Positions 1 to 12,719 of a stretch of DNA of 64,000 bases are shown here, one piece after another. The stretch spans positions 2,606,001-2,670,000 of the forward strand of contig NC_086101.1 of assembly GCF_963921235.1 (NCBI RefSeq), written 5' to 3'. The stretch is from Mobula hypostoma (Eukaryota). The first letter of the stretch is position 1, and each line of letters begins with the position of its first letter. Below the pieces are notes generated by a model, which was given only the letters and a program-made list of their open reading frames with translations, did no database searches and had not been told where the DNA came from. A program made the translations under genes and the position numbers.

Positions 1-757
1 CCTTACCACCATTCAGGGCCCCAGACAGTCCTTCCAGGTGAGGTGACACTTCACCTGTGAGTTGGCTGGGGTGATATACTGCGTCCGGTGCTCCTGATGT
101 GGCCTTCTATATATCGGTGAGACCCAACGCAGATTGGGAGATCGTTTTGCTGAACACCTATGCTCTGTCCGCGAGAGAAAGCAGGATCTCCCAGTGGCCA
201 CACATTTTAATTCCACATCCCATTCCCATTCTGACATGTCTATCCACGGCCTCCTCTGCTGTAAAGATGAAGCCACACTCAGGTTGGGGGAACAACACCT
301 TATATTCCGTCTGGGTAGCCTCCAACCTGATGGCATGAACATTGACTTCTCTAACTTGCGCTAATGCCCCACCTCCCCCTCGTACCCCATCTGTTACTTA
401 TTTTTATACACATTTTTTCTCTCGCTCTCCTTTTTCTCCCTCTGTCCCTCTCACTATACCCCTTGCCCATCCTCTGGGTTCCCCCCCTCCCCTTGTCTTT
501 CTTCCCGGACCTCCTGTCCCATGATCCTCTCATATCCCTTTTGCCAATCACCTGTCCAGCTCTTGGCTCCATCCCTCCCCCTCCTGTCTTCTCCTATCAT
601 TTTGGATCTCCCCCTCCCCCTCCAACTTTCAAATCTCTTACTAACGCTTCCTTCAGTTAGTCCTGACGAAGGGTCTCGGCCTGAAACGTCGACTGTACCT
701 CTTCCTAGAGATGCTGCCTGGCCTGCTGTGTTCACCAGCAACTTTGATGTGTGTTGT
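1..757 (+). mobile_element. Penelope-like element 3' part: GIY-YIG endonuclease remnant plus pseudo-LTR
   Basis: VIYCVRC..CGLLYIGETQRRLGDRFAEH...VATHFN...LGSLQPDGMN with in-frame stops; hammerhead motif downstream. Confidence 0.9.
659..694 (+). ncRNA. Minimal type I hammerhead ribozyme motif (Penelope pLTR)
   Basis: agtc-CTGACGA-agggtctcggcct-GAAA-c-GTC-gact: core boxes, stem I agtc/gact, palindromic ACGT stem III. Confidence 0.75.
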
Positions 758-1151
758 TCCTCTATCCATGCCAGTATCTTTCCTGTAACGCCTTTGGATT
801 TTCTTGCTAAGCAGACTTTTGCTTTTCTGTTGCCTTTGACTTCCCTTGTCAGCTGTGGTTGCCTCTCCTGCACCTGTTAATTGCCCCAGAAACCCACCAA
901 TTCTATTCTGCCATCCTCCCTGTCAATGCTGGTCAGCTTCCCTCTCATGCCTCTACAACTCCCTTTACTCACTGTAATACTGATCATGAGACTGAGACCT
1001 TACTATGCAATTTGAGGGGGAGAAGCTGTCTCCCAAAGGTTCCTTGACCTTAAGCTCCATTATCAAGTCTGGTTTATTAAACAACACTCAATCCAGAATA
1101 TCTCCTGTCACTGTTTGATAGAACAGACAACTAACATTCTTCACAGAAAAG

Positions 1152-1157
1152 TTTATT
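1152..1157 (-). promoter_or_regulatory. Likely WDR46 polyadenylation signal AATAAA (second candidate at 1073-1078)
   Basis: tttatt on the + strand, ~150 nt past the stop codon. Confidence 0.7.
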
Positions 1158-1307
1158 GCTGATAAACTCCACCGCTCGTTCCCTACTGCGACCGTGGGCT
1201 GACCCAGCACTTCGTACAGTCCATCAGCTGTATCCTGGGGTGATCCCACTCGTAGGGGGCCGTCGATGCATCCTCGCTCAGCTCCACCACCGGCTCTCCA
1301 AGGGGGG

Positions 1308-1418
1308 CTATTTCCGGAAGCGGTCCAGAGCTATAGCCGGGCGAGACTCTCTCCGAGCGCTCACTTGTCGATTCCCCTGGGCCTTCAGTTTCTGCTCCAC
1401 GCTCTCCCGGATCGCTTC
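1308..1418 (-). CDS. WDR46: WDR46 last coding exon, EAIRESVEQKLK...PAIALDRFRK*
   Basis: ttccag|gaa, TAG at 1310-1308. C-terminal ALDRF motif as in WDR46. Confidence 0.95.
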   Translation of the reverse strand, partial: EAIRESVEQKLKAQGNRQVSARRESRPAIALDRFRK

Positions 1419-1589
1419 CTGGAAGAGGAGAGAGACAGTGAGGCTGGGGAACCCAGGAACTCAGCACTAGGCTCTGGCCATCAGTGACACATGGGGGGGG
1501 GGCGGGGTGGTGTCACTGCGTTCAATATCTGCCGTCTATGTGAAGCTTCAATCTTGGGGTAGGAAGGTAGGCAGTAGAACTTGGGTTCA

Positions 1590-1980
1590 GTTGCTCAGAC
1601 CGCTCTTGGTCAATCCTTTTCAGGAAGGATGTAGACTCTTTCGGGAGCGTGCAAAGGAGATTTACTGGAAAGCTGCCTGTATCAGAGATGTTTTTTATAT
1701 GAGGAAAGGAGTGAGATGGGGCTTTTCTGTTTGGAACGAAGGAGGATGACAGGTGACTTGAGAGAGGTGTACAAGATGTGAGGCACGGGTAGTTTTGTCC
1801 CCCCAGAGTGATGAGTGTGTAGAACACACTGCCAGGGGTGGAGGCAGAGGCAGATACTTTAAAGAGATATGGACAACAGAGAAATGGAGGGAAGGGTTAG
1901 ATTGATCTCAAAGTTAAAAGGTCAGCACAACATTGTGGGCCGAAGGGCCTGAGTTGTGCTGTAACGTGTCATGTTATACA
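1590..1980 (+). mobile_element. Decayed CR1 LINE 3' fragment
   Basis: Degenerate ERRRMRGDL.EVYK region and the CR1 tail (caacattgtgggccgaagggcctg...tgctgta). Confidence 0.7.
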
Positions 1981-2340
1981 ACCTCACCTGGTGGCAGGTG
2001 AGGGGTAGGAGCAGCAGGTAAATGGATTTTGGACAGGACAGGGAGAAGGGAAGAGTGGCCACTAGCAGCAGGGCTGTGCTCCGGAAGGCCGACTTCACAA
2101 GGTGGGAGGAAGTCAGAGTGAGGGAGATGAGAGACGGGCTGAGACTGTTCGGTCCTTCGAGCCTGCTGCCCCAGTGGCACTGGGTCTGGTCACACCCTGC
2201 CCCAGGAGTGATCCCTCTTCCTCCCCCAAACAGGAGACTGTATCCCCACCCTGCCCCTCGGACCGACTGTATCTGCCCATTATCTCGCCCAGACCCTGTA
2301 CCCCCTCCCACCCCGCCGCTGTTCTGCCCCACAGTCTTAC

Positions 2341-2454
2341 CCGCTGCTGGCTCTGGGCCACCAGTTTCTTCCTTCGCTCCACATGGCCGCTGGAACTACG
2401 GCCCTTTGCTCTCCTGCGTGGTTCAAACTTCACTTTCTCCATCGGGTCGAAGCC
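2341..2454 (-). CDS. WDR46: WDR46 visible exon 14, GFDPMEKVKFEPRRRAKGRSSSGHVERRKKLVAQSQQR
   Basis: ctacag|ggc ... cgg|gtaaga, 114 nt. KGRSS basic motif. Confidence 0.95.
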
Positions 2455-2839
2455 CTGTAGACACAGCAGGGTAAGAAAGGGGGGAGGACAGGGAGTAGCG
2501 GTGTATTCGAATGCTATCACAGCTCAGAATGCCGGGCTTCGGGACAGGACAGAGCGGGAGCTGTCAGTGGGGACTGGTGCGCGGAGGAAGGGCCAGAAAC
2601 GTCATGGAGGATTCCACCCACACTGCTCGTAGACTGTACGTCCCACTCATCCTGGCGGCCAAATCACCGACGGGAGCGGCACACAGTGAGGAGGTTTCTC
2701 ACAGGCCGGCAGTGGTCGTGTGAAAGGTCAGCTTCCGGGCCAGTCAGCGGTGAGAGCAGTACATAACAACAGAGGGGACAAGCAGAGCGGCCACTGTTGG
2801 GACTGGGAGTATCAGGCTTTGGCTCCGGGTAGGTTTCTG

Positions 2840-5800
2840 TTAAAACAAAGGAAACCCACAGCAAAATACAGGCCCTTTGGCCTACAAAGCTCTGCTGAGC
2901 ATGTCCTTACCTTAGAAATTACCAAGCGTTACCCATAGCCCTCTATTTTTCTGAGCTCCATGTACTTTGTCCAGAAGTCTCTTAAAAGACCCTGTCGTAT
3001 CCACCTCCACCACCATCATCGGACTCACCACTCTCTGCAAAAAACTTACCCCTGACATCTCCTCTGTACCTACTCCCCAGCACCTTAAACCTGTGTCCTC
3101 TTGTGACAACCATTTCAGCCCTGGGAAAAAGCTTCCGACTATCCACATGATCAATGCCTCTCATCATCTTATACACCTCTATCAGGTCACCTCTCATCTT
3201 CCGTTGCTCCAAGAAAAAAAGGCCGAGTTCACTCAGCCTATTCTCATAAGGCATGCTCCCCAATCCAGGCAACATCCTTGTAAATCTCCTCTGCACCCTT
3301 TCTATGGTTTCCACATCCTTCCTGTAGTGAGGCGACCAGAACTGAGCACAAGTATAGTCTGACCAGGGTCCTATATAGCTGCAACACCTCTCTGCTCTTA
3401 AACTCAATCCCAAGATTGATGAAGGCCAATACACCGTATGCCGCCTTAACCACAGAGTCAACCTGCGCAGCAGCTTTGAGTGTCCTATGGACTCAGACCC
3501 CAAGATCCCTCTGATCCTCCACACTGCCAAGAGTCTTACCATTAATACTATATTCTGCCATCATATTTGCCCTACTAAAATGAACCACCTCACACTTATC
3601 TGGGTTGAACTCCATCTGCCACTTCTCAGCCCAGTTTTGCATCCTGTCAATGTCCTGCTGTAACCTCTGACAGCCCTCCACACTATCCACAACACTCCCA
3701 ACCTTTGTGCCATCAGTAAGCTTATTAACCCATTCCTCCACTTCCTCATCCAGGTCATTTATAAAAATCAGGAACAGTACGGGTCCCAGAACAGATCCCC
3801 GAGGCACTCCACTGGGTCACCAACCTCCATGCAGAATATGACCAGTCTACAACCACTCTTTGCCTTCTGTGGGCAAGCCAGTTCTGGATCCACAAAGCAA
3901 TGTCCCCTTGGATCCCATGCCTCCTTACTTTCTCAATAAGCCTGGCATGGGGTACCTTATCAAATGCCTTGCTGAAATCCATATACACTACATCCACTGC
4001 TCTACCTTCATCAATGTGTTTAGTCACATCCTCAAAAAATTCAATCAGGCTCGTAAGGCACGACTTGCCTTTGACAAAGCGATGCTGACTATTCCTAATC
4101 ATATTATGCCTCTCCAAATGTTCATAAATCCTGCCTCTCAGGATCTTCTCCATCAACTTGCCAACCACTGAGGTAAGACTCGCTGGTTTATAATGTCCAG
4201 GGCTATCTCTACTCTCTTTCTTGAGTAAGGAAACAACATCCGCAACCCTCCAATCCTCCGGAACCTTTCCCGTCCCCATTGATGATGCAAAGATCATTGC
4301 CAGAGGCTCAGCAATCTCCTCCCTCCTCTCCCACAGTAGCCTCGGGTACATCCCGTCCGGTCCTGGTGACTTAACCAACTTGATGCTTTCCAAAAGCTCC
4401 AGCACATCCTCTTTCTTAATATCTACATGCTCAAGCTTTTCAGTCCGCTGCAAGTCATGCCTACAATTGCCAAGATCCTTTTCCGTAGTGAATACTGAAG
4501 CAAAGTATTCATTAAGTATCTCTGCTATCTCTTCCGGTTCCATACACATTTTTCCAATGTCACACTTGATTGGTCCTATTCTCTCACGTCTTATCCTCTT
4601 GCTCTTCACATACTTGTAGAAGGCCTTCTCATGGCCCCTTCTGGCTCTCCCAATTTCATTCTTAAGCTCTTCCCTGCTAGCCTTATAATCTTCTAGATCT
4701 CCATCATTACCTAGTTTTTGAACCTATTGTAAGCTTTTTTTTCTTCTTGACTAGATCTATAGCAGCCTTTGTACACCACGGTTCCTGTACCCTACCGTCC
4801 TTTCCCTGTCTCATTGCAACGTATCTACGCAGAACGTCACGCAAATATCCCCTGAACATTTGCCACATTTCTGCCGTACATTTCCCTGAGAATATCTGTT
4901 TCCAATTTATGCTTCCAAGTTCCTGCCTGATAGCTTCATATTTCCCCTTACTCCAATTAAACATTTTCCTAACTTGTCTGTTCCTATCCCTCTCCAATGC
5001 TATGTTAAAGGAGATAGAATTGTGATCACTATCTCCAAAATGCTCTCCCACTGAGAGATCTGACACCTGACCAGGTTCATTTCCCAATACCAGATCAAGT
5101 ACAGCCTCTCCTCTTGTAGGTTTATCTACATATTGTGTCAGGAAACCTTCCTGAACACACCTAACAAACTCCACCCCATCTAAACCTCTCCAATCAATAT
5201 TTGGGAAATTAAAATCTCCCACCACGACAACCCTGTTATTATTACACCTTTCCAGAATCTGCTCCTCAATGTCCCTGTTACTATTGGGTGGTCAATAAAA
5301 AACACTCAGTAGAGTTATTGACCCCTTCCTGTTTCTAACTTCCACCCACAGAGACTCCGTAGACAATCCCTCTATGTCTTCCTCCTTCTCTGCAGCCGTG
5401 ACACTATCTCTGATCAACAGTGCCACACCCCCACCTCTTTTGCCTCCCTTCCTATCCTTTCTGAAACAATCTAAAGCCTGGCAGATGAAGTAACCATTCC
5501 TGTCCCTGAGCCATCCAAGTCTCTGTAATGGCCACAACATCATAGCTCCAAGTACTGATCCACACTCCAAGCTCATCTGCTTTGTTCATGATACTCTTTG
5601 CGTTAAAACACACATCTCAAACCATCAGTCTTAGCGCATCCCTTCTCTATCAGCTGCCTATCCTCCCTCTCGCACTGTCTCCAAGCTTTCTCTATTTGTG
5701 AGCCAACCACCTCTTCAGTTCGGTTCCCACCCCCCAGCAATCCTAGTTTAAACTTTCCCCAACAGCCTCAGCAAACTTCCCCGCCAGGATATTGGTCCCC

Positions 5801-6275
5801 CTGGGGTTCAAGTGCAACCTGTCCTTTTTGTACAGGTGACTCCTGCCCCAGAAGAGTTCACAATGATCCAGAAATCTGAATCCCTGCCCCCTGCTCCAAT
5901 CCCTCAGCCACACATTTATCCTCCACCTCATTCTATTCCTATACTCACTGTCACGTGGCACAGGCGGTAATCCTGAGATTACCTTTGAGGTCCTACTTCT
6001 CAACTTCCTTCCCAACTCCTTGTAGTCTGCTTTCAGGACCTCCTCCTCCCTTTTCCTGCCTATGTTGTTGGTACCAATATGTACCATGACCTCTGGCTGT
6101 TCACCTTCCCACTTCAGGATATCGTGGACGCGATCAGAAACATCCTGGACCCTGGCACCTGGGAGGCAAACTATCATCCGTGCTTCTTTCCTGCGTCCAC
6201 AGAATCACCTGTCTGACCCCCTAACTATAGAGTCCCCTATCACTACTGCCTTCCTCTTCCTTTTCCTACCCTTTT
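2840..6275 (-). mobile_element. Near full-length CR1 LINE, frameshifted: ORF1 SGNH esterase plus ORF2 APE-RT
   Basis: CLPGARV...HIGTNNIG...HLNPRG (5743-6177); GDFNFP, SDH (APE); SPGPDG, YMDFSKAFDKVPH, GSVLGP (RT); ERVQRRFTR tail. Confidence 0.95.
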
Positions 6276-6289
6276 GAGCTGCGTCTGAT

Positions 6290-7270
6290 TGTAGTTAAAA
6301 TGGCCTTTGTTTGTTCTTTATGCTGGACGTTGGAGTCCTGGGAGACCCAGCGTCTCTTCGGGAACTACATCAGTGAGGTGCATCCAGCTGCAGTACCTGA
6401 AGACAGTGTTAGGGATCTGGAGCAGCAGCTGGATGACCTTCGGCTTGTACGGGAGAGTGAGGAGATCATCGATCAGAGTTACAGGGAAGCAGTCACCCTG
6501 AAGATGCAGGAGACGGGCAGCTGGGTGACCACCAGGAATGGGAAGGTGAACAGGCAGTTAGCGTAGAGCACCCCCGTGACCATTCCTCTCAGTAAAGCCA
6601 ATGCGGTTGTGGGGAATGACTTCCCAGTGGAATGCCACGGCACTGGGCATTCACCTGTGGTGCAGAAGGAAAGGAGGGAGAAGAGCAGAGCGGTAGTGAT
6701 AGGGGACTCCAGTCGTCAGGGGAACAGACAGGAGATTCTGTGGATGTGAACGGGACACCTGGATGGTTTGTTGCCTCCCAGGTGCCAGGGTCAGGGATGT
6801 CTCAGATCACATCCACAGCATTTTGGAGGGGGAGGGGGAGCAGCCTGATGTCTTGGTACATATCGGTACCAGTGACATAGGAAGGTAAAGCAATGAGATG
6901 CCGAAGAGAGAATCTAGAGAGCGAGGTAGAAAGCTGAGAAGCAGGACCTCCCAGGTAGTAATTCCTGGGTTGCTGCCTGTGCCACGTACCAGTGAGGGCA
7001 GAAACAGGATGATTTGGCAGATAACTGCGTGGCTGAGAAGCTGGTGCAGGGGGCAGGGCTTCAGGTTCTTGGATCATTGGGATCTCTTCTGGGGCAGGTA
7101 TGACCAAGTGACGGGTTGCACCTGAACCTGAGGGGAACCAATATTCTCGCAGGCAGATTTCTTAGACCTATTGGGGAGGGTTTACACTAATTTGACAGGG
7201 GGGTGGGAACGGGAGTGAAGGGATTCAGGATAGGATAGATGGTTAAAAGAAAGCAAACGATAAAGTAGTG
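6290..7270 (+). mobile_element. CR1 ORF1 fragment (zinc finger, coiled coil, esterase)
   Basis: VCSLCWTLE...VRDLEQQLDDLRLVRESE; VIPGLLPVP...WLRSWCRGQGFRFLDHW. Confidence 0.85.
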
Positions 7271-7284
7271 ATGGGTGGGTTGGA

Positions 7285-7570
7285 GGGTGAACCCCGCGAG
7301 GGGTGGGGAGGGGGAGACACTGCAGGTGTGGTTGGAATGGTGAACCCCGCGAGGGGTGGGGTGGGGGAGACACTGCAGGTGTGGTTGGAATGGTGAACCC
7401 CGCGAGGGGTGGGGAGGGGGAGACACTGCAGGTGTGGTTAGAATGGTGAACCCCGCGAGGGGTGGGGTGGGGTGGGGGAGACACTGGAGTGGTTGGAATG
7501 GTGAACCCCGCGAGGGGTGGGGTGGGGTGGGGTGGGGGAGACACTGGAGTGGTTGGAATGGTGAACCCCG
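7285..7570. repeat. G-rich minisatellite, ~52-62 bp unit, ~5 copies
   Basis: Tandem gtgaaccccgcgaggggtgggg...gagacactg...gtggttggaatg. Confidence 0.9.
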
Positions 7571-7598
7571 CCAGGCTGAGTGGATGTCAGACACTCAC

Positions 7599-7694
7599 CA
7601 GCCGCTCCACCCGGTCCTGGTGTTTCTGCTCCATGGAGACTGCATCGACCTGCCCCAGTTTCGTGGGGTCGAGGGTGATTAGTTCCGGTTGGAT
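7599..7694 (-). CDS. WDR46: WDR46 visible exon 13, IQPELITLDPTKLGQVDAVSMEQKHQDRVERL
   Basis: ccacag|atc ... ctg|gtgagt, 96 nt. Confidence 0.95.
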
Positions 7695-8197
7695 CTGTGG
7701 GCAGCAACAAGAAGGGGTAAGGTCATGTCCCAGTGCCTGTGGCCTCCTACACCTCCCTCTTCACCCCCTTTCCCCTCCCACCTGCCACGCTTTGCTCTCC
7801 CTTGCCCTGCCTTCCCGACTACCCCACCCTCCCTCTCCATCCCCGTTACACCCCCACAACAAACACACCCCTGCTCCCCGCCTTCTCCACAGCTGCTGTA
7901 CCTCCTCCCCTGTGCTCTCAGGGTGGGGCATTGCCCTCCCCCACCCCCATACTGCAGCTACCTTCTCGAGCATGGCCCACCCCTCCCTCTCCTTCTTCCT
8001 GACTGCGAACAGGACACTTTATTGTCACCGAACAATTGACACTGGAACGTACAATCATCACAGCGATATTTGATTCTGTGATGATTCATCTCCCACTCCA
8101 CCCTTCCTTCTCCCTATTGCTGTCAGAGTGAGGGGGGAGGGGGAGAACCCCTGACCCATGTGGCCACCCCACCCTCAGTGATGGGAACAGGACCTAC

Positions 8198-8292
8198 CTT
8201 CTCAAGCAGGGCCTTCACCTCCCACTCCTGTCGCTGCTTCTTGCTCTGGTAGGGGTTACACTCCAGCCCGTCGAAGTTCGCCTCCCCGGCAC
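8198..8292 (-). CDS. WDR46: WDR46 visible exon 12, [31 protein letters not shown]
   Basis: ccacag|gt gcc ... aag|gtaggt, 95 nt. BING4CT motif. Confidence 0.98.
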
Positions 8293-8459
8293 CTGTGGAC
8301 ATCGGAGAGAGGGGCTCACCTCTCTGTGGGTACGAAGTAAATCCCAAACCCAACCCGTCTTCGGCACCTCCCCTCCCCCAGACCCCTCTGTCCCACACCA
8401 TTCTCTCTGCTCTTCTCTTGTTCACCTATTGCACAGTCCAGCACTGCACCACTGAGATG

Positions 8460-8465
8460 CACACA

Positions 8466-8512
<47 letters not shown>
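8460..8512. repeat. (CA)n microsatellite
   Basis: Read directly from the sequence. Confidence 0.95.
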
Positions 8513-8515
<3 letters not shown>

Positions 8516-8589
8516 GAGAATACACGACAAGTTTAATAGGTACTGGATGGAGGGCTATGGTCCAGGTTTCTCTCTCTCACACAGACACA

Positions 8590-8870
8590 CACAAAGAGGA
8601 AGCCTTTTAGGACCGAGATTCAGAAAAACTTCTTCACACAGACAGTGGTGAATCTGTGGAATTCTCTGCCACAGGAAACAGTTGAGGCCAGTTCATTGGC
8701 TATATTTAAGAGGGAGTTAGATATGGCCCTTGTGGCTAAAGGGATCAGGGGGTATGGAGAGAAGGCAGGTACAGGGTTCTGAGTTGGATGATCAGCCATG
8801 ATCATAATAAATGGCGGTGCAGGCTCGAAGGGCCGAATGGCCTACTCATGCACCTATTTTCTATGTTTCT
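8590..8870 (+). mobile_element. CR1 3' end fragment
   Basis: FFT..VVNLWNSLP region plus tail gggccgaatggcctactc...ctatgtttcta. Confidence 0.8.
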
Positions 8871-9364
8871 AAGACAAGTTTGCATAGGTACTGGATGGAG
8901 GGCTATGGTCCAGGCCCCTCTCTCTCTCACACACACACAGAGAAACACAAAGATAACACAAGACAAGTTTGGATAGGTACGAGATGACGGCCTATGGTCC
9001 GGGCGCTGATCGATGAGACCAGGCACAATAACTGATCAGCATGGCCTAGACGGGCTGCAGAGACTGTCTCACACAGGCACCTCGAGCAGATATTGCAGCA
9101 CAAGCCGTTCCTACGACCCAATGGCTGATCAAACGCAGGTCTCATCTTCCCCCCCCCCACCACTCTGTACCGTTCTCTACAGCCCCCAACATCTTCCAAA
9201 TCTCTTTCTCGTCCATAAACGTCTCAAAGCTGCCATGCGAGTTGACAGAGAGGTTAAGAAGGTTTTTAGTGTGTTGGCTTTCATTCGTCAGGGGAATGAA
9301 CTCACAGCCGTGAGGTAATGTTGTAGTCGAGTGCCGTCAAGTTGCTGTCAACGCATGGCGACAA

Positions 9365-11640
9365 CGTGTAGATAAGCCTACAAGGGACAGGCTGTACTTG
9401 ATCCGGTATTAGGAAATGAACCCGGTCAGGTGTCAGGTCTCTCAGTGGGAGAGCATTTCTGAGATAGTGATCACAATTCTATCTCCCTTACCATAGCATT
9501 GGAGAGGGATAGGAACAGACAAGTTAGGAAAACATTTAATTAGAGTAAGGGGAAAATATGAAGCTATCAGGCAGGAATTTGGAAGCATAAATTGGGAGCA
9601 GATGTTCTCAGGAAAATGTACGGCAGAAATGTGGCAAATGTTCACGGGATATTTGTGTGGTGTTCTGCATAGGTACGTTCCAATGAGACAGGGAAAGGAT
9701 AGTAGGGTACAGGAATCATGGTGTATAAAGGCTGTTGAAAATCTAGTTAAGAAGAAAAAAAGCTTATGAAAGGTTCAAAAAACTAGATAATGAGAGCGAT
9801 CTAGAAAATTATAAGGCTAGCAGGAAGGAGCTTAAGATTGAAATTAGGAGAGCCAGAAGGGGCCATGAGAAGACCTTGGCAAGCAGGATTAAGGAAAACA
9901 CACAAGGCATTCTACAAGTATGTGAAGAGCAAGAGGATAAGACATGAGAGAACAGGACCAATCAAGTGTGAGAGTGGAAAAGTGTGTTTGGAACTGGAGG
10001 AGGTAGCGGAGGTACTAAATGAATACTTTGCTTCAGTATTCACTACGAAAAAGGACCCTGGCAATTGTAGGGATGACTTACAGCAGACTGAAAAGCTTAA
10101 GCATACAACACATTAAGAGGATATGCTGGAGCTTTTGGAAAGCAACAAGTTGGATAAGTCACTGGGACTGGATGAGATGTACCCCAGGCTACTGTGGGAG
10201 GCGAGGGAGGAGATTGCTGAGCCTCTGGCGATGATCTTTGCATCATCAATGGGGACAGGAGAGGCTCCGGAGGATTGGAGTGTTGAGGAAGTTGTTCCCT
10301 TATTCAAGAAAGGGAGTAGAGTTAGCCCAGGAAATTATAGACCAGTGAGTCTTACTTCAGTGCTTGGTAAGTTGATGGAGAAGATCCTGAGAGGCAGGAT
10401 TTATGAACATTTGGGGAGGCATAATATGATTAGGAATAGTCAGCACAACTTTGTGAAAGGCAGGTCATGTCTTACGAGACTGACTGAATTTTTTGAGGAT
10501 GTGACTAAACATATTGATGGATGTGACTAAACACATTGATGAATGTAGTGTATGTGGATTTCAGCAAGGATTTGATAAGGTACTCCATGGAAGGCTTATT
10601 GAGAATGTAAGGAGGCATAGGATTCAAGAGGACCTTGCTTTGTGGATCCAGAACTGGCTTGCCCACAGGAAGCCAAGAGTGGTTGTAGACAGGTCATATT
10701 CTGCATGGAGGTCGATGACCAGTGGTGTGTCTCAGGGATCTGTACTGGGACCCCTGCTCTTCATGGTTTTTATAGATGACCTATATGAGGAAGTGGAGGG
10801 ATGGGTTAGTAAATTTGCTAATGACACAAAGGTTGGGAGTGTTGTGGATAGTGTGGAGGGCTGTCAGAGGTTACAGCAGGACATTGATAGGATGCAAAAC
10901 TGGGCTGAGAAGAGGCAGATGGAGTTCAACCCAGATAAGTGTGAGGTGGTTCACTTTGTTAGGTCAAATATGATGGCAGAATATAGTATCAATGGTAAGA
11001 CTCTTGGCAGTGTGGAGGATCAAAGGGATCTTGGGGTCCGAGTCCATAGGACACTTAAAGCCACTGCGCAGGTTGACTCTGTGGTTAAGAAGGTTATACG
11101 GTGTATTGGCCTTCATCAGTCGTGGGATTGAGTTTAGGAGCCGAGACGTAATGTTGCAGCTATATAGGTCCCTGGTCAGACCCCACTTGGAGCTCAGTTC
11201 TGGTCACCTCACTACAGGAAGGATGTGGAAACCATAGAAAGGGTGCAGAGGAGATTTACAAGGATGTTGCCTGGATTGGGGAGCATGCCTTATGAGAATA
11301 GGTTGATGATCTCAGCCTTTTCTCCTTGGAGTGATGGAGGATGAGAGGTGACCTGATAGAGGTGTATAAGCTGATGAGAGGCATTGATCGTGTGGATAGT
11401 CAGAGGCTTTTTCCCAGGGCTGAAATGGCTAACATGAGAGGGCATAGTTTGAAGGTGCTTGGAAGTAGGTACAGAGATGTCAGGGGTAAGTTTTTCACGC
11501 AGAGAAACTCCTGGATAGGTACATGGAGCTTAGAAAAAAAGAGGGCTATGGGTAACCCCAGGTAATAACCAAAGTAAGTACATGTTCGTCAAAGCATTTT
11601 GGGCCGAAGGGCCTGTATTGTGCTGTAGGTTTTCTGTGTT
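9365..11640 (+). mobile_element. 5'-truncated CR1 LINE ORF2, same subfamily as 2840-6275, opposite orientation
   Basis: PGNYRPVSLTS, QGSVLGPLLF, KFANDTK; long stretches complementary to 2850-5130. Confidence 0.95.
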
Positions 11641-11644
11641 TCTC

Positions 11645-11800
11645 TGGGTAGTGGAATTGTCCATAGGGGTTTTGTGGCAAGTTACGGAAGTAGACTGCCA
11701 GGCCTTTCTTCCTGCTGCTGCCCAGGTTGGGACCCAGCCGGATTTGAACTCTGGACCATCCACTGCAAAGTCCAGTGCAGCACTGGCCATGAGATGATGA
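11645..11800 (-). mobile_element. Probable tRNA-derived SINE fragment
   Basis: Minus strand tggccagtgctgcactggactttgcagt...gagttcaaatcc has A/B-box-like spacing. Confidence 0.5.
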
Positions 11801-11989
11801 GGCATCAGTATAAAACCCTTGTTGGACCACAGTTAATCAGTTTGTTATAGGAAGGGTGTGGAAGCTTCAGAGAGGGTGCAGAGATTTCCCAGGATGCTGC
11901 CTGGATTTGAGAGCATGTCTTATGAGGTTAGATTGAGCGAGCTGGGCACTAGCCTGTACTGCATCAAGGTCACTTTCATGGAGTGATGG

Positions 11990-12285
11990 GGGTCCTCCAT
12001 CTTTAAGAACATGACCTCATCTCACTGCTAGCAGAGGCTGAAGACCCACACTCAATGATTCAGGAACAGCTTCTTCCCCTCTGCCATCACATTTCTGAAT
12101 GGACAATGCATTCATGAACACTACCTTATTACTTTTTTCTCTTTTTGCATACTTATTGAATTCATTCTTCTGTATATTTACTGCAAATTAGTTTTTTAAT
12201 GATGTATTGCAATGTACTACTACGTCATGACAACAAATTTCACAAGACATGCCAGTGATATTAAACATGATTCTGATTTTCTCTT
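11990..12285 (+). mobile_element. Rex1/Babar-type LINE 3' end
   Basis: ttcaggaacagcttcttcccctctgccatc and the tail match 62650-62880. Confidence 0.7.
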
Positions 12286-12719
12286 TGGAGCGAAAGAGGG
12301 TGAGAGGTGCCTGACGGGTGTAGGACTGGCACAGACAGAACAGACAGCCAGTACTCTCACCCCAGGGCTGAAATGGCCAGTAGGAGGGGGCACAGTTTTA
12401 GGGTGATTGTGAGAAAGTATTAGGGGATGTCAGAGGGAGGTTTTGTGGTGGGTGTGCGAAGCAGCCTGCCTGGTAGCAGAGGCAGATACATTAGGGACAT
12501 TTTAAAAAACTTTTAGATATGCACAGGGATGGATAAGTGGAGGGGTCCGTGGGAGAATCCCGTTGGAAGTAACTGAGGTGGTGGATGTGGAGGCTTCCCG
12601 TCCCTCAGTGCTCTGTGTGTGCCTCCCCCCTCACCCCACCCCAGCAACGCTGAAAGACCGAGACAGCCGCCCCCACCCTGCATGTCACCCAGCGCAGCCC
12701 CAGGGTGGACACCACTCAC

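Noticed and set aside
1183..1467. 94-aa minus-strand ORF from the track
   Set aside because: Wrong frame; the real last exon reads EAIRES...ALDRFRK* from the acceptor at 1418.
2982..6177. RT, endonuclease and esterase ORFs as host genes or an active element
   Set aside because: Frameshifted CR1 remnants; the YADD-equivalent is degenerate (KLTDGT). No domestication signal.
11700..11800. tRNA gene
   Set aside because: Only A/B-box-like remnants without a complete cloverleaf; better explained as a SINE head.
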